Below are positions 51,315-62,363 of a DNA stretch of 64,000 bases, in pieces. The stretch is from an uncultured Pelagibacteraceae bacterium (GTDB lineage: Bacteria > Pseudomonadota > Alphaproteobacteria > Pelagibacterales > Pelagibacteraceae), in contig CACBHL010000001.1 of assembly GCA_902539035.1 (NCBI GenBank), positions 30,144 to 94,143 of the forward strand. The letters are read 5' to 3'. Each line of letters starts with the position of its first letter. The first letter of the stretch is position 1. The notes below the pieces were generated by a model that ran no database searches, was not told the origin of the DNA, and was given only the letters and a program-made list of their open reading frames with translations. The position numbers and the translations under genes are program-made.

Positions 51315-52323
51315 TTTTGGTATTTATAAAGAAAAAATAAATTGAGGAAGTTACTAAAAAAATAGAACTCACTTGGTGTACAGCAGCAATATAAATTTGT
51401 GCACCAAGTACAATTGTAAAAATTCCTAAAACAATTTGTAAAATAATAAAAAATCCTAAAATATTAACTGATCTATACAATTCTTTTATTTTATTTTTAT
51501 AGACTTTAAAAAAAATCAGTAAATAAAAAAGACCAATTACATATGCAAGGTTTCTGTGAATAAATTGTACTAATGAAGGATCACTTAAAGCAGATAATTT
51601 AAATAAATTTTCAACATTATTATCATTTGGAAAATAAGTATTTCCCATAAGAGGCCAGGAATTATAAATTTTTCCTGCATCCATTCCTGAAACAAATGCA
51701 CCAATTACAATTTGTATTAAAATTAAAACTAAAAATATAAATGGAATAATTGAATTTATTCCGTTATCAACTTGATTATAATTTTGATATTTAAGGTAAT
51801 TCCAAAAAATTAATGATAAAATTAAAAATGCAATTAACAAATGAATAGATAATCTAAAGTGGCTAACATCTACCCTATCAACCAAGCCACTGCTTACCAT
51901 ATACCAGCCAATAAATCCTTGGAAACAAATAAGAAAAAAAATAAAATATAAATCTAATATTTTGGTGATTTTTAATTTGAAAGAGAAATAAATAAGTGGA
52001 ATTAGATAGCTCAAGCCTATTACCCTACCTAAAAATCTATGTGCCCACTCCCACCAGAATATTATTTTAAATTCTTGCAATGTCATACTGAAATTCTGTA
52101 ATTTAAACTCAGGTATTTCCTTGTATAATTTAAAATATAATATCCAATCGTTTTGATTTAGAGGGGGAAGCAATCCAGAAAATAATTGCCATTCTGTTAT
52201 TGAAAGACCAGAATCAGTTAGTCTAGTTAAACCACCTACTACAATCATAATAGAAATGATAAAAAACATTGTAACTAACCAAAAAGACAATTGATTATTA
52301 ATTTTTGTATTAACAGTGTACAT
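51307..52323 (-). CDS. ctaA: Heme A synthase (COX15/CtaA)
   Basis: GGLTRLTDSGLSITEW, EWAHR, GWYMVSSGL, QFIHR. Confidence 0.94.
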   Translation of the reverse strand: MYTVNTKINNQLSFWLVTMFFIISIMIVVGGLTRLTDSGLSITEWQLFSGLLPPLNQNDWILYFKLYKEIPEFKLQNFSMTLQEFKIIFWWEWAHRFLGRVIGLSYLIPLIYFSFKLKITKILDLYFIFFLICFQGFIGWYMVSSGLVDRVDVSHFRLSIHLLIAFLILSLIFWNYLKYQNYNQVDNGINSIIPFIFLVLILIQIVIGAFVSGMDAGKIYNSWPLMGNTYFPNDNNVENLFKLSALSDPSLVQFIHRNLAYVIGLFYLLIFFKVYKNKIKELYRSVNILGFFIILQIVLGIFTIVLGAQIYIAAVHQVSSIFLVTSSIYFFFINTKTN

Positions 52324-52366
52324 AGTTGCTTAAATATAATATTTTTTTAATAATCCAAATATATAA

Positions 52367-52657
52367 ATGTCGCCTTTAAAAAGAAAAAAATTAAGTAAAA
52401 TTAGAATTGAATTAGATAAACTTGATAATTCTCTTATCAAAATTATAAAAAAAAGAACAAATCTTGTAAAAAAGGTTCTTGAATTAAAAGATAGAAAAAA
52501 CCAAATTATTGATAAAAAAAGAATAAATATCATTTTAAAAAATATAAAAAAAAAATCAGTTAAAAATAAAATAGACCCAAAAATAACATACAGAATATGG
52601 AAAAATATGATATGGGCCTATATTGAATACGAAAAAAGAAATTTTAAAAATAAATAG
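52367..52657 (+). CDS. Chorismate mutase (AroQ type)
   Basis: LSKIRIELDKLD...KKR...K...DKKR pattern. Confidence 0.82.
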   Translation: MSPLKRKKLSKIRIELDKLDNSLIKIIKKRTNLVKKVLELKDRKNQIIDKKRINIILKNIKKKSVKNKIDPKITYRIWKNMIWAYIEYEKRNFKNK

Positions 52658-52849
52658 TTATTTACTGTGTGGAGGTAATTTTTTTTCTACAAACATTTCA
52701 TGTTTTCTAGTATCTGGATTATATTTTTTAGCTGAAAGTTTAACTTTTGCTTTTTCACCTCCAGCAGGTTTTTTAACATAATAAAAAAAAGAACTATCAG
52801 GCTTAGCTTCAGGAACAAGTCTTACTTTAACATGTGTTTTTTTTGCCAT
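52658..52849 (-). CDS. rpmG: 50S ribosomal protein L33 (Cys-free)
   Basis: KLSAKKYNPDTRKHEMFVEKK. Confidence 0.9.
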   Translation of the reverse strand: MAKKTHVKVRLVPEAKPDSSFFYYVKKPAGGEKAKVKLSAKKYNPDTRKHEMFVEKKLPPHSK

Positions 52850-52850
52850 A

Positions 52851-53213
52851 TTATTTCAATTCTTTTAAAATTTTAGAAATCTTAACTAATTTATTTTTTA
52901 AATTTTCAGCTTTTATAGATTTATCTGCCATTTCGTCAAGCTTTAAAGAAACTTCACTGTTTAGTATCTTTTTTACACCATTAATTGTCATGCCTTGTTC
53001 CTTTAAAAGAAATTTAACTTTCTTTAAAAGATTAATTGTTTTTTCATCATAATATCTTCTGTTTGAGTTTAATATTTTAGGCTTAATTTGCTTAAATTGT
53101 GTCTCCCAAAATCTGATGATGTGAGTTGGAAGATTGCCCTTTTTATTTGCTTGAAGTTTTAAAATTTTTGCAACTTCACCAATAGTTTTATATGCATTTT
53201 CAGACTTATCCAT
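52851..53213 (-). CDS. MerR-family HTH protein
   Basis: YKTIGEVA, IRFWETQF, RRYY, GMTINGVK; start moved to ATG overlapping the ihfA end. Confidence 0.9.
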   Translation of the reverse strand: MDKSENAYKTIGEVAKILKLQANKKGNLPTHIIRFWETQFKQIKPKILNSNRRYYDEKTINLLKKVKFLLKEQGMTINGVKKILNSEVSLKLDEMADKSIKAENLKNKLVKISKILKELK

Positions 53214-53505
53214 TTTCTTTGACATTAATAAATTCTTTAAATTCTTTTGACGGCTTAAACAAAACAACTTTTCTATCTGATATTACTTTTTTTTCTTTAG
53301 TTTTTGGGTTTCTTCCTATTCTCGATTTTTTTTGTCTTATAGAAAAAGTACCAAATTTTGATAATTTTAATTTTTTTTCAGACTTAATATTCTCAACAAT
53401 TATTGATAAAAAATCTTCTATTAAATTTTCTGAAATTTGCTTAGAAAACCCAAGCTGCATATAAACCAAATTAACTAAGTCTTTTTTAGTTAGGTTTATT
53501 CTCAT
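53206..53505 (-). CDS. ihfA: Integration host factor alpha / HU family
   Basis: LTKKDL, KLSKFGTF, RIGRNPKT, FKPS; adjacent to merR. Confidence 0.88.
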   Translation of the reverse strand: MRINLTKKDLVNLVYMQLGFSKQISENLIEDFLSIIVENIKSEKKLKLSKFGTFSIRQKKSRIGRNPKTKEKKVISDRKVVLFKPSKEFKEFINVKENG

Positions 53506-53506
53506 T

Positions 53507-54508
53507 TTAAATATTATGTTTGATCTTTTCTATCAAATTACCTTTTACAATTCTATGACAAACATCAAGTGAATTTGAAAAACCTACATAATCTGTTCCT
53601 CCATGACTTTTAACAACTGGAGAATTAAGTCCAATAAAAATTGCACCATTGTACAATCTAGGATCTAGTCTTTTCTTAAATTTCTTTAAATTTGATATAT
53701 TTAATAATGAAGAAATTTTGCCAATAATATTTCCAGTCATTGTTTTCTTTAATTCACTTGTGATAAAATTTGCTGTACCTTCAGCAGTTTTTAAAGCAAT
53801 ATTACCTGTGAAACCATCAGAGACAATTACATTTACATCTCCATCCATTAAATGATTTCCCTCAATATAACCTGCAAAATTATAATTATTCGAGTTTTTT
53901 TCATTTAAAATTTTAAAAGTTTCTTTGATTGTCTCATTTCCTTTTAATTCCTCAGATCCAATATTTAATAATGCAACATTAGGTTTATCATTAGGATATA
54001 ATGAAGTGTATAAAGAGGCACCCATTATTGAAAAATCAATCAAATTTTTTGAACTACATTCAATATTTGCACCTAAATCTAAAACCACACTCATTCCTTT
54101 TTTATTTGGCCAAAGTGCAGACAGAGCTGGCTTGTCGATATTTTCAATCATTTTTAAATTAAGTTTAGCAACAACTAATAAGGCCCCAGTGTTTCCAGCT
54201 GATATAACTATATCAGCTTTTTTTTCTTTAACGCTCTGAATAGCGAGCCACATACTAGTTTCTTTCCCTCTCTTTGCACCCTCTAAAGGACTGTCGGTGC
54301 TTTTTATTACTTTATCAGTATGAATAATTTCATAAAATTTGTTATTAATTTTATTTTTTATTAATTCAAGAATTTGATTTTTGTCGCCAAAGATTTTATA
54401 AAAAATATTCTTGTTTGATTTATTATTTAAAATAATACCATCAATAATTTTTTTAGGAGAACCATCTCCCCCCATTGCATCAACTGCAATTTTAATCAAA
54501 TCTGACAT
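53507..54508 (-). CDS. plsX: Phosphate acyltransferase
   Basis: AVDAMGGD, SAGNTGA, DGFTGNIALK, KSHG. Confidence 0.96.
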   Translation of the reverse strand: MSDLIKIAVDAMGGDGSPKKIIDGIILNNKSNKNIFYKIFGDKNQILELIKNKINNKFYEIIHTDKVIKSTDSPLEGAKRGKETSMWLAIQSVKEKKADIVISAGNTGALLVVAKLNLKMIENIDKPALSALWPNKKGMSVVLDLGANIECSSKNLIDFSIMGASLYTSLYPNDKPNVALLNIGSEELKGNETIKETFKILNEKNSNNYNFAGYIEGNHLMDGDVNVIVSDGFTGNIALKTAEGTANFITSELKKTMTGNIIGKISSLLNISNLKKFKKRLDPRLYNGAIFIGLNSPVVKSHGGTDYVGFSNSLDVCHRIVKGNLIEKIKHNI

Positions 54509-54525
54509 TATATTGATATATTATA

Positions 54526-54708
54526 CTATTCTTTTGGATCTAAAACTTGTCTTCCCTTATACATTCCTGTTTTTAAATCTAGGTGATGGGATAGCCTATA
54601 TTCACCAGATTTTTTATCCTCAACTATATTTTTAGTTGCATATTTCATAGTTTGAGCTCTTCGCATACCTGTTCGGGAAGGAGTTTGTTTTCGTTTTGGT
54701 ACAGCCAT
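54526..54708 (-). CDS. rpmF: 50S ribosomal protein L32 (Cys-free)
   Basis: [22 protein letters not shown]. Confidence 0.95.
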   Translation of the reverse strand: MAVPKRKQTPSRTGMRRAQTMKYATKNIVEDKKSGEYRLSHHLDLKTGMYKGRQVLDPKE

Positions 54709-54710
54709 AA

Positions 54711-55178
54711 TTATTGGTTACTTACACTTTTTAAATAAGAATTCAAAGTTTTTTTTGATAAATCATGGTTAAAATTCTCAAAATAATCAAGTAAATATTC
54801 AATATTTCCAAAATCACTTAAAAAAATTGAAATTTTTTTTAATTTTTCAGATTTGGATAAATCTTCCCAGAAGTGAATTTCTGAAACCATTGAATGAAAT
54901 AAATTTATATAATCTTTCATTTTTTTATTGATAGATTGGTCGCCATAACCAATTTCTCTTATACTCAATTCAAGTTGTCGAAAATTAAAATCGTAAATCT
55001 CCTGTAATACACTCTTATTTTCATCATTTTTGAAATTTTTAAGAAAAAAAGAAAAATGGAGTAAAAATAGGGTTAATCGATCAGAAAAAATATCTTCTCT
55101 ATTTAAATTTTTGTATAAATCTATATTTCTAGTGTAGTTTATTAAATTATTATAAAGATATAAGTACTTATCATTCAT
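54711..55178 (-). CDS. Ubiquinol-cytochrome c chaperone (Cbp3 family)
   Basis: [18 protein letters not shown] motif; divergent from bamE as in other alphaproteobacteria. Confidence 0.8.
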   Translation of the reverse strand: MNDKYLYLYNNLINYTRNIDLYKNLNREDIFSDRLTLFLLHFSFFLKNFKNDENKSVLQEIYDFNFRQLELSIREIGYGDQSINKKMKDYINLFHSMVSEIHFWEDLSKSEKLKKISIFLSDFGNIEYLLDYFENFNHDLSKKTLNSYLKSVSNQ

Positions 55179-55662
55179 GCATAAAACATTATATATAATT
55201 TTTTTTTCATTAATAGTTACAAATTGCTCCTTTAAACCTGTTATTAAACATCATGGTGTGCCATATCTAGAAAAAAAACAAGCCTTACTTATTATTAATG
55301 AGTCTAACAAAAATGATATTAAAAAAATTTTAGGTATACCGTCTACAACAAGTAAGTTTGATAATGATTTATGGATTTACATCGAGAGAAAACAAACTCA
55401 ATCAAAATTAAAAAATTTAGGCAGAATGAAGATTTTTAAAAATGATGTATTGGTTTTGGAGATAGATAATTTTGGGATTCTTAAAAAAAAAGAATTTTAT
55501 AATAAAAATGACATGGAAAATTTGGAAATTGTTGAGTCAACTACAGCAACTGGTTTTAGAAGAAACTCTTTCATTTATGATTTTATGTCAAGTATGAGAC
55601 AAAAAATAAATGACCCTCTTGGACAGAGGGCCAAAAAACGTAAAGAAATTAGCCAGCGATAA
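55177..55662 (+). CDS. bamE: Outer membrane assembly lipoprotein BamE/SmpA
   Basis: VTNC lipobox, HG, ILGIPST, WIYI. Confidence 0.82.
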   Translation: MHKTLYIIFFSLIVTNCSFKPVIKHHGVPYLEKKQALLIINESNKNDIKKILGIPSTTSKFDNDLWIYIERKQTQSKLKNLGRMKIFKNDVLVLEIDNFGILKKKEFYNKNDMENLEIVESTTATGFRRNSFIYDFMSSMRQKINDPLGQRAKKRKEISQR

Positions 55663-57754
55663 CAGCTAATAATAATAAAGCTACTATATTTGTAATTTTA
55701 ATCATTGGGTTAACCGCTGGTCCTGCTGTGTCTTTATAAGGATCACCGACAGTATCACCTGTAACAGCAGCTTTATGAGCTTCAGAACCTTTACCACCAT
55801 GATTTCCATCTTCGATATATTTTTTAGCATTATCCCAAGCACCACCACCTGCTGTCATTGAAACAGCAACAAACAAACCAGTGATAATAACACCTAACAA
55901 CATTGCACCTACAGCCGCAAGTGCAGCAACTTGACCTCCAATAGCTAGAATAATGAAATATAATACAACTGGTGAAAGTACAGGCAATAAGGATGGAATG
56001 ATCATTTCTTTAATTGCAGCAACTGTCAATAAATCTACTAGTTTTGCATAATCAGGTTTTTGTTTTCTTTTCATAATACCTGGGTATTTTTTGAATTGTC
56101 TTCTTACTTCAACAACAACTGCACCACCTGCTCTGCCTACAGCCTGCATTCCCATTGAACCAAATAAATAAGGTAACATTCCACCAATTAACAATCCAAC
56201 CACAACATAAGGATTTGATAAATCAAAAGTTACAACAATTCCTTCGAGAGCTGAGCCAGCTTCTTTAGAGAAATGTTTAATATCTTCTGTATAGGCAGCA
56301 AATAAAACTAAAGCACCTAAACCAGCTGATCCAATTGCATAACCTTTTGTTACAGCTTTCGTTGTGTTACCAACTGCATCTAAGGCATCAGTGGTTTTTC
56401 TAACTTTTTTATCTAAATTAGACATCTCAGCAATACCACCTGCATTATCAGTAACAGGACCATAAGCATCCAATGCAACAACCATTCCAGCTAATGCAAG
56501 CATTGTAGTTACTGCTATGGCTATCCCAAAAAGACCAGCAATTGCATTAGTAATCAAAATACCTGCAACAATAATTAAAGCTGGAATTGCTGTAGCTTCC
56601 ATTGATACAGCTAATCCTTGAATAACATTTGTTCCATGTCCAGTCGTTGATGATAAAGCAACAGATTTGACAGGCCTGTAATTTGTACCTGTATAATATT
56701 CAGTTATCCAAATTAATAATCCTGTAATTACCAAACCTATAACTCCACAATAATAAAGATTCATACCATTAAAAGTTTTACCATTTACTGTATATTCATT
56801 TGCAAAACCTATTACATGGTCTGTGACTGGCCATAAAATAACTAATGACGCTACAGCAGATACTATGAAGCCTTTGTAAAGAGCATTCATAACATTTTTA
56901 GTTTTGCCTAATTTTACAAAAAAGGTTCCAAGTATTGAGGTTAACAAACATGCAGCACCAATACTTAAAGGATAAATCATCATATTTAAATCACCCACAA
57001 AGAAAATTGATGATAAAACCATAGTAGCAACAATTGTTACAGCATATGTTTCAAAAAGATCAGCTGCCATACCTGCACAATCACCAACATTATCTCCAAC
57101 ATTGTCAGCTATAACTGCTGGATTTCTTGGATCATCTTCTGGAATACCAGCTTCTACTTTTCCAACCAAATCAGCACCTACGTCAGCACCCTTAGTAAAA
57201 ATACCCCCACCTAACCTTGCAAAAATTGAAATTAAAGAAGCGCCAAAACCTAATGCAACAAGAGCATTTACAATTTCTCTTTCATCAACATTTAATTTTA
57301 ATAAGAGATAGTAATAAACAGCTATTGACAATAATGCCAAACCAGCAACCAGCATACCAGTCACGGCACCTGATTTAAAAGCGACGGAGAGGCCTTGAGC
57401 TAAACCTTTTCTTGAAGCTTCCGCTGTTCTAACATTAGCTTCAACAGATACTAACATTCCAACATAACCTGCAATACCTGATAAAGCAGCACCAATTAAA
57501 TAACCTACTCCAACTAAGGGACTAAAAGCTACACTAACAATTACTAAAACAACAATACCAACAATTGCTATTGTTTTATATTGTCTTGCTAAATATGCTT
57601 TAGCACCAATTTGAATAGCAGATGCAATCTCTTGCATTTTCTTATTACCTGCGTTTGAATTAAGAATATTTTTTCCAGTGAAAAAACCATAGACAATGGA
57701 TAAAAGGCCTGCTGCTATTGTATATAATAAAAACGTTTCTACTGTTGAACTCAT
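55649..57754 (-). CDS. hppA: Membrane-bound pyrophosphatase, K+-independent H+-pumping type
   Basis: [26 protein letters not shown] (Lys at the K+-dependence position). Confidence 0.94.
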   Translation of the reverse strand: MSSTVETFLLYTIAAGLLSIVYGFFTGKNILNSNAGNKKMQEIASAIQIGAKAYLARQYKTIAIVGIVVLVIVSVAFSPLVGVGYLIGAALSGIAGYVGMLVSVEANVRTAEASRKGLAQGLSVAFKSGAVTGMLVAGLALLSIAVYYYLLLKLNVDEREIVNALVALGFGASLISIFARLGGGIFTKGADVGADLVGKVEAGIPEDDPRNPAVIADNVGDNVGDCAGMAADLFETYAVTIVATMVLSSIFFVGDLNMMIYPLSIGAACLLTSILGTFFVKLGKTKNVMNALYKGFIVSAVASLVILWPVTDHVIGFANEYTVNGKTFNGMNLYYCGVIGLVITGLLIWITEYYTGTNYRPVKSVALSSTTGHGTNVIQGLAVSMEATAIPALIIVAGILITNAIAGLFGIAIAVTTMLALAGMVVALDAYGPVTDNAGGIAEMSNLDKKVRKTTDALDAVGNTTKAVTKGYAIGSAGLGALVLFAAYTEDIKHFSKEAGSALEGIVVTFDLSNPYVVVGLLIGGMLPYLFGSMGMQAVGRAGGAVVVEVRRQFKKYPGIMKRKQKPDYAKLVDLLTVAAIKEMIIPSLLPVLSPVVLYFIILAIGGQVAALAAVGAMLLGVIITGLFVAVSMTAGGGAWDNAKKYIEDGNHGGKGSEAHKAAVTGDTVGDPYKDTAGPAVNPMIKITNIVALLLLAVIAG

Positions 57755-57832
57755 GAAAACCTTAATGTTGTTGGTTGTTAAATTTTAAGCCCGCACAATA
57801 CAAAAAAAGCTAAAAAAGACAATAATTAACTT

Positions 57833-58792
57833 TTAGAATTGATGAACATAACCTTTGTTTTTAAGTACTATTTCCTTACCTTTTTCGTCAATAATTACTG
57901 ATCTTTTTTTATTAGAGGAAATTTTACCTATTTTAGAAATTTTAATACCAAGATTTTTAGATGTTTGAGCTATGATTCTAGATTTATCTTTGCTTGCACT
58001 AAATAAAATTTGATAATCATCACCATTTGATACAAGGTTAATCTTTTTCATGTTATTCATTTTTATTATTTTTAACAAATTCTTTGAAATTGGGATTTTA
58101 TTTTCATTCAATATAAATGATAAATTTTGATTGTTTATCATTTTACTCAAATCATCAATCAAACCATCAGACAAATCAATCGAGGAATTTGCAAAGTTTA
58201 ACAATTTTTTAGTCAATTTTATTCGTATATCAGGAAGATAATATTTTTTAGTAAAATAGTTTTTTAGTTCTTTAGATACTTTAATTTTGTTTTTTAAAAT
58301 TTGTAGACCCACAAAGCTATCACCCAGAACACCTGTTACGTAAATATCGTCATTTATTAAAGCTTTATTTCTATAAATAATTTTTTTTGAATAACCTAAC
58401 GATGTAACAGTAAAGCTAAGTTTATTAGAAAATGTGGTATCGCCACCACATAGAGAAATATTATATTTATTTTGTTCTTGTATTAAGGACTTTGAAATTA
58501 AAGATAAGTTTTTTTTTGAGAAAGACTTATTGTTACCTGAGCCAGCTATAAAATACAATTTTGGTACGACTCCTTTACAAATTAAATCTGAGATAGAGGA
58601 CCTTAAAATTTTTTTAATAACTAGATGAGGGTGTTTAAAGTCAATAAAATGATAACCTAAATTATATGTATCAATTGAGATAGCAATACCCTTATTCTTA
58701 TCAAAAAAAATATCGTCATTTAAATTAAGAGCGGATTTATTTTTTTTTGAGATCTTTGAAAAATAATTTTTAATTAATTCAAATTCATGCAT
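57833..58792 (-). CDS. thiL: Thiamine-monophosphate kinase
   Basis: EFELI, DD, SDL, GGDT, DLSDGL, GDDY. Confidence 0.9.
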   Translation of the reverse strand: MHEFELIKNYFSKISKKNKSALNLNDDIFFDKNKGIAISIDTYNLGYHFIDFKHPHLVIKKILRSSISDLICKGVVPKLYFIAGSGNNKSFSKKNLSLISKSLIQEQNKYNISLCGGDTTFSNKLSFTVTSLGYSKKIIYRNKALINDDIYVTGVLGDSFVGLQILKNKIKVSKELKNYFTKKYYLPDIRIKLTKKLLNFANSSIDLSDGLIDDLSKMINNQNLSFILNENKIPISKNLLKIIKMNNMKKINLVSNGDDYQILFSASKDKSRIIAQTSKNLGIKISKIGKISSNKKRSVIIDEKGKEIVLKNKGYVHQF

Positions 58793-59189
58793 TTTTAGAT
58801 CTCAATTTCTTTCCAACATTATCTAGTAAGGCATTTAGATATTTTGTCTGAGAATTTTCTAAAAAAAAATTAGATGAATTTAAATATTCCTTTATAATTA
58901 TATTTAGTGATAATTGAGGTTTGTACATGAATTCATAAGTTGCTGCTTTAAGAATAGTTTGAAAAACTTTATCAAGATTTTCAAATACAAAATCATCACC
59001 TAGTTTTGTGTTTATTTCATCTAAAATAAGGTCATTTCTTTCTATGGTACCTGTAACGATATCTTTAATAAATTTTTTAAATCGGTGTTTTGGGAAATCT
59101 AAATTATCATCTTCATTATAAAATTTACCATACAATTTTTGAATAATTATAACTCTTGGATTATTTTTGGGGTTAAAATGAGTTCTCAT
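58785..59189 (-). CDS. nusB: Transcription antitermination factor NusB
   Basis: ILKAATYE, IIKEY, YLNALLD; between ribH and thiL. Confidence 0.85.
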   Translation of the reverse strand: MRTHFNPKNNPRVIIIQKLYGKFYNEDDNLDFPKHRFKKFIKDIVTGTIERNDLILDEINTKLGDDFVFENLDKVFQTILKAATYEFMYKPQLSLNIIIKEYLNSSNFFLENSQTKYLNALLDNVGKKLRSKNA

Positions 59190-59575
59190 TTTTGAGACAA
59201 AATAGAAATTACAGCTTTAGCAGCTTCTGCGCCTTTTTTTTTTCTTGCTCTAGCTTGTTTCATATTAAGACATGTAATTATGCCGTTACCAACAGGCTTT
59301 TTGTTATTTACAGATATGTCCATTATTGCATTTGTTGATGCTTGAGAAATGAAATCAAAATGAGGGGTTTGTCCCTTGATAACGCAACCGAGTGCCAAAA
59401 ATGCATCGTACTTTTTAATATTTTTTGAGATTGTAACTGGTATTTCAAATACACCTGGAACAGTTATAATTTTAATTATATTTGATTTTGGTATTAAATT
59501 TAGGGCGCTACTTAATAATCCCTTTGATATATCTTTATAATAATCTGCGATAACAATTAAATATTTTTTTTTCAT
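59186..59575 (-). CDS. ribH: 6,7-dimethyl-8-ribityllumazine synthase
   Basis: VPGVFEIP, LGCVIKGQTPHFD. Confidence 0.95.
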   Translation of the reverse strand: MKKKYLIVIADYYKDISKGLLSSALNLIPKSNIIKIITVPGVFEIPVTISKNIKKYDAFLALGCVIKGQTPHFDFISQASTNAIMDISVNNKKPVGNGIITCLNMKQARARKKKGAEAAKAVISILSQK

Positions 59576-60675
59576 TAAATTAATTCCTGTTTAGTAATCT
59601 TTATATCATATCCTTCTAAACCAATAACTTTTTTTGGTGATTTGGTAATCAATATCATATTTTTAATTTTTAAATCTTTAATTATTTGAGCACCTATTCC
59701 ATAATTTCTTATAAGTTTGTCATTACCTCTTTTATAAAATTCTTTGTTTTTGTAATCTTTTAGTGTTTGTGTGACGGATCGAAGATTAGAATCTTTGATA
59801 AAAACTAAAACGCAACAAGAGTATTTTTTAAAATAATTTAAAGTTTTATTAAATGAATTTGGTAATTGTTGACTGATTAAATAATTTTGAACTACATTTG
59901 ATGAAATTACTCTAACTCTAGGTGTAACACCTTTTTTAATATTTCCCTTTATTAATGCAAAATGCTCAGCACCATCTAATAAATTTTCATATATTCTTAT
60001 TTTATATTTTTGATCCTTTACTTCAATATTACTTTGCTTTTTTAAACGTATTAATTTTTCTTTTTTAAGTCTGTAAGCGATTAGATCTTCTATTTTTCCA
60101 ATCTTCAGTTTATGTTTTTTTGCAAAATTAAAGAGATTTTCACCTTTTGCCATTGTTCCATCTTCATTCATAATTTCACATATAACTGCAGAATTATTTT
60201 TTTTAGCTAATCTAGATATATCAACTGAAGCTTCAGTATGTCCTGCTCTAACTAATACTCCGCCATCTTTAGCTATAATTGGAAAAATATGACCTGGAGA
60301 AACAATGTCATTTTTGTTTGCATTTTTTCTTGATGCAATTTTAATTGTTCTAGATCTGTCTTTTGCAGAAATTCCTGTGGTTATTCCTTTTTTTGCCTCT
60401 ATTGAAATTGTAAATGCAGTTTTATTTCTCGATTGATTGATAGGTGACATTAAACTTAAATTTAATTTTTTTGCCTGTACGCTATCTAAAGCAAGACAAA
60501 TTAATCCACGGCCATACCTGGCCATAAAATTTATCTTTTTTGCATTAGTGTCAGATGTAGAAATAACTAAATCACCTTCATTCTCTCTTTTTTCATCATC
60601 TACGAGGATAAACATGCCACCCTTTTTGGCTACATTGATTATTTGTTCAATTTTAGCAAAATTATTTTTTTTCAT
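59575..60675 (-). CDS. ribB: DHBP synthase fused to a degenerate GTP cyclohydrolase II-like domain (RibBX type)
   Basis: DDEKRENEGD, PGHIFP, RAGHTEA; C-domain keeps YGIGAQI but lacks the Zn cysteines. Confidence 0.92.
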   Translation of the reverse strand: MKKNNFAKIEQIINVAKKGGMFILVDDEKRENEGDLVISTSDTNAKKINFMARYGRGLICLALDSVQAKKLNLSLMSPINQSRNKTAFTISIEAKKGITTGISAKDRSRTIKIASRKNANKNDIVSPGHIFPIIAKDGGVLVRAGHTEASVDISRLAKKNNSAVICEIMNEDGTMAKGENLFNFAKKHKLKIGKIEDLIAYRLKKEKLIRLKKQSNIEVKDQKYKIRIYENLLDGAEHFALIKGNIKKGVTPRVRVISSNVVQNYLISQQLPNSFNKTLNYFKKYSCCVLVFIKDSNLRSVTQTLKDYKNKEFYKRGNDKLIRNYGIGAQIIKDLKIKNMILITKSPKKVIGLEGYDIKITKQELI

Positions 60676-61255
60676 TAAAATAATTTCTAACGTATTTAGA
60701 TAGGATATCTATCTCAATATTAACTAAGCTCGATTTCTTTAAAGTAGATAAATTTGTTTCTTTATATGTGTGAGGAATAATCCAAATTTGAAATCCTTTT
60801 TTTGTAACTTTTGAAATAGTAAGAGATATACCATTTACACTAATAGATGCTTTTTCTATTAAATGTTTTCTTTCCTTATTAGGGATTTCGAATTCAAAAA
60901 CGTATGATTTATCAACCTTAGAGATCCTCAATACTTTACCAACAGTGTCTACATGTCCTTGACATATATGTCCTGAAATTTTAGTACCGTATTTTAAGGG
61001 TAATTCTAAGTTTATAATATCTCTAGTTTTTAAAAATTTAAACTTTGATCGTTTGATTGTTTCATTTGAAAGATAAAATTCCATATTCTTTTTTTTAAAA
61101 GAAATTAATGTTAAGCACACGCCATCACAAGCTACTGATAAACCCATATCTCTATTTGAAACTTTAAGGTTACTTTTTACAAAAATATTAAGCCCCTTAT
61201 CTCTTTTAACTATTTTAGAAATAGACCCTTGATTATAAATAATTCCATTAAACAT
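60662..61255 (-). CDS. ribE: Riboflavin synthase
   Basis: MFNGII, DGVCLT, GHICQGHVD, NGISLT, VNIEID. Confidence 0.94.
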   Translation of the reverse strand: MFNGIIYNQGSISKIVKRDKGLNIFVKSNLKVSNRDMGLSVACDGVCLTLISFKKKNMEFYLSNETIKRSKFKFLKTRDIINLELPLKYGTKISGHICQGHVDTVGKVLRISKVDKSYVFEFEIPNKERKHLIEKASISVNGISLTISKVTKKGFQIWIIPHTYKETNLSTLKKSSLVNIEIDILSKYVRNYFNEKK

Positions 61256-61256
61256 A

Positions 61257-62363
61257 TTATTTGTTATAATGAGTTATTGTATCTTTTCCATAGGAAGAAT
61301 TAAGATTTTGTCTAAATAGATATTTTTTATTTAAGACATTTAATCCGTTAAATTTAACAAAATCTGAATTTGTTGGCAGTTTTTTTTGACTTTTGAACAA
61401 ATAAAATTCGTTAAATATTTTATTCTTTAATAAGTTTGTAGTTAGGAGATTACCTCCTTCCACTAAAGTATTTCTAAAACCTAATGAATAGAGTTTTTTC
61501 ATAATTGGTCTTAAGTCTAGTTGCTTACTATTATTTAATTTTGCTTTAATAAGTCCTATTTTCTTTTTTTTAAACATAGAAATTCTTGACTTATTTGCTT
61601 TATTATAAAAAACGAGAGTATTTTTTTTATTAGCTGACTTAAAAATATAAGTATTTTTGTTTAAACTTAAGTTGTTGTCTAAAATAATTCTTACTGGAGA
61701 AAATTTTTCAAAACCTTTTATTCTGCAATTTAATTTAGGGTTATCAATATTAATAGTTTTGCTTGATGTCATTATTGAATCATTTTTGTATCTCAATAAA
61801 TGAGTGAATTTATCAGAATACTGGTTAGTTATTTTTGTTTTAAATTTACTATAAATTAGTTTGTTTTTTGAAATTGCTATCTTTCCAGTAACAAAAGGCT
61901 TTCTATTTTTTCTATTGAAAAAATATGGAATATAAAATTTTTTAACTTTATCTTTTAGAAGACCTATCGAAACATTAATTTTATGAGATTTTAAAATTTT
62001 AAAACTTTTTTTTCTTACTCTTTTGTCAGTATCTTCAAGTGCGTAAACAACTTCAGATATTTTTGATTTAATTATTTCATTTGTACATGGTGGTGTTACA
62101 CCTTGGTGGCTACACGGTTCCAATGTGACATACATCTTTGAACCATTAAGTTTCTCATTACAATTTTTAATTGCATTAAATTCTGCATGGGGTCTCCCAT
62201 CATAAGAAGTTTGACCAATGGAAATAATATTATCATTTTTAACTATTACACAACCAACAGATGGATTAGTTCCAGTTAATCCCTGTCGAGATCTTGCCAG
62301 GTCCAAGGCAATCTCCATGAATAGTTTATCTTTTTTTGTAAATTTATTTTTTTTTGAAGACAT
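61257..62363 (-). CDS. ribD: Riboflavin biosynthesis deaminase/reductase
   Basis: NPSVGC, HAE, TLEPCSH..TPPC, VEGG. Confidence 0.95.
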   Translation of the reverse strand: MSSKKNKFTKKDKLFMEIALDLARSRQGLTGTNPSVGCVIVKNDNIISIGQTSYDGRPHAEFNAIKNCNEKLNGSKMYVTLEPCSHQGVTPPCTNEIIKSKISEVVYALEDTDKRVRKKSFKILKSHKINVSIGLLKDKVKKFYIPYFFNRKNRKPFVTGKIAISKNKLIYSKFKTKITNQYSDKFTHLLRYKNDSIMTSSKTINIDNPKLNCRIKGFEKFSPVRIILDNNLSLNKNTYIFKSANKKNTLVFYNKANKSRISMFKKKKIGLIKAKLNNSKQLDLRPIMKKLYSLGFRNTLVEGGNLLTTNLLKNKIFNEFYLFKSQKKLPTNSDFVKFNGLNVLNKKYLFRQNLNSSYGKDTITHYNK

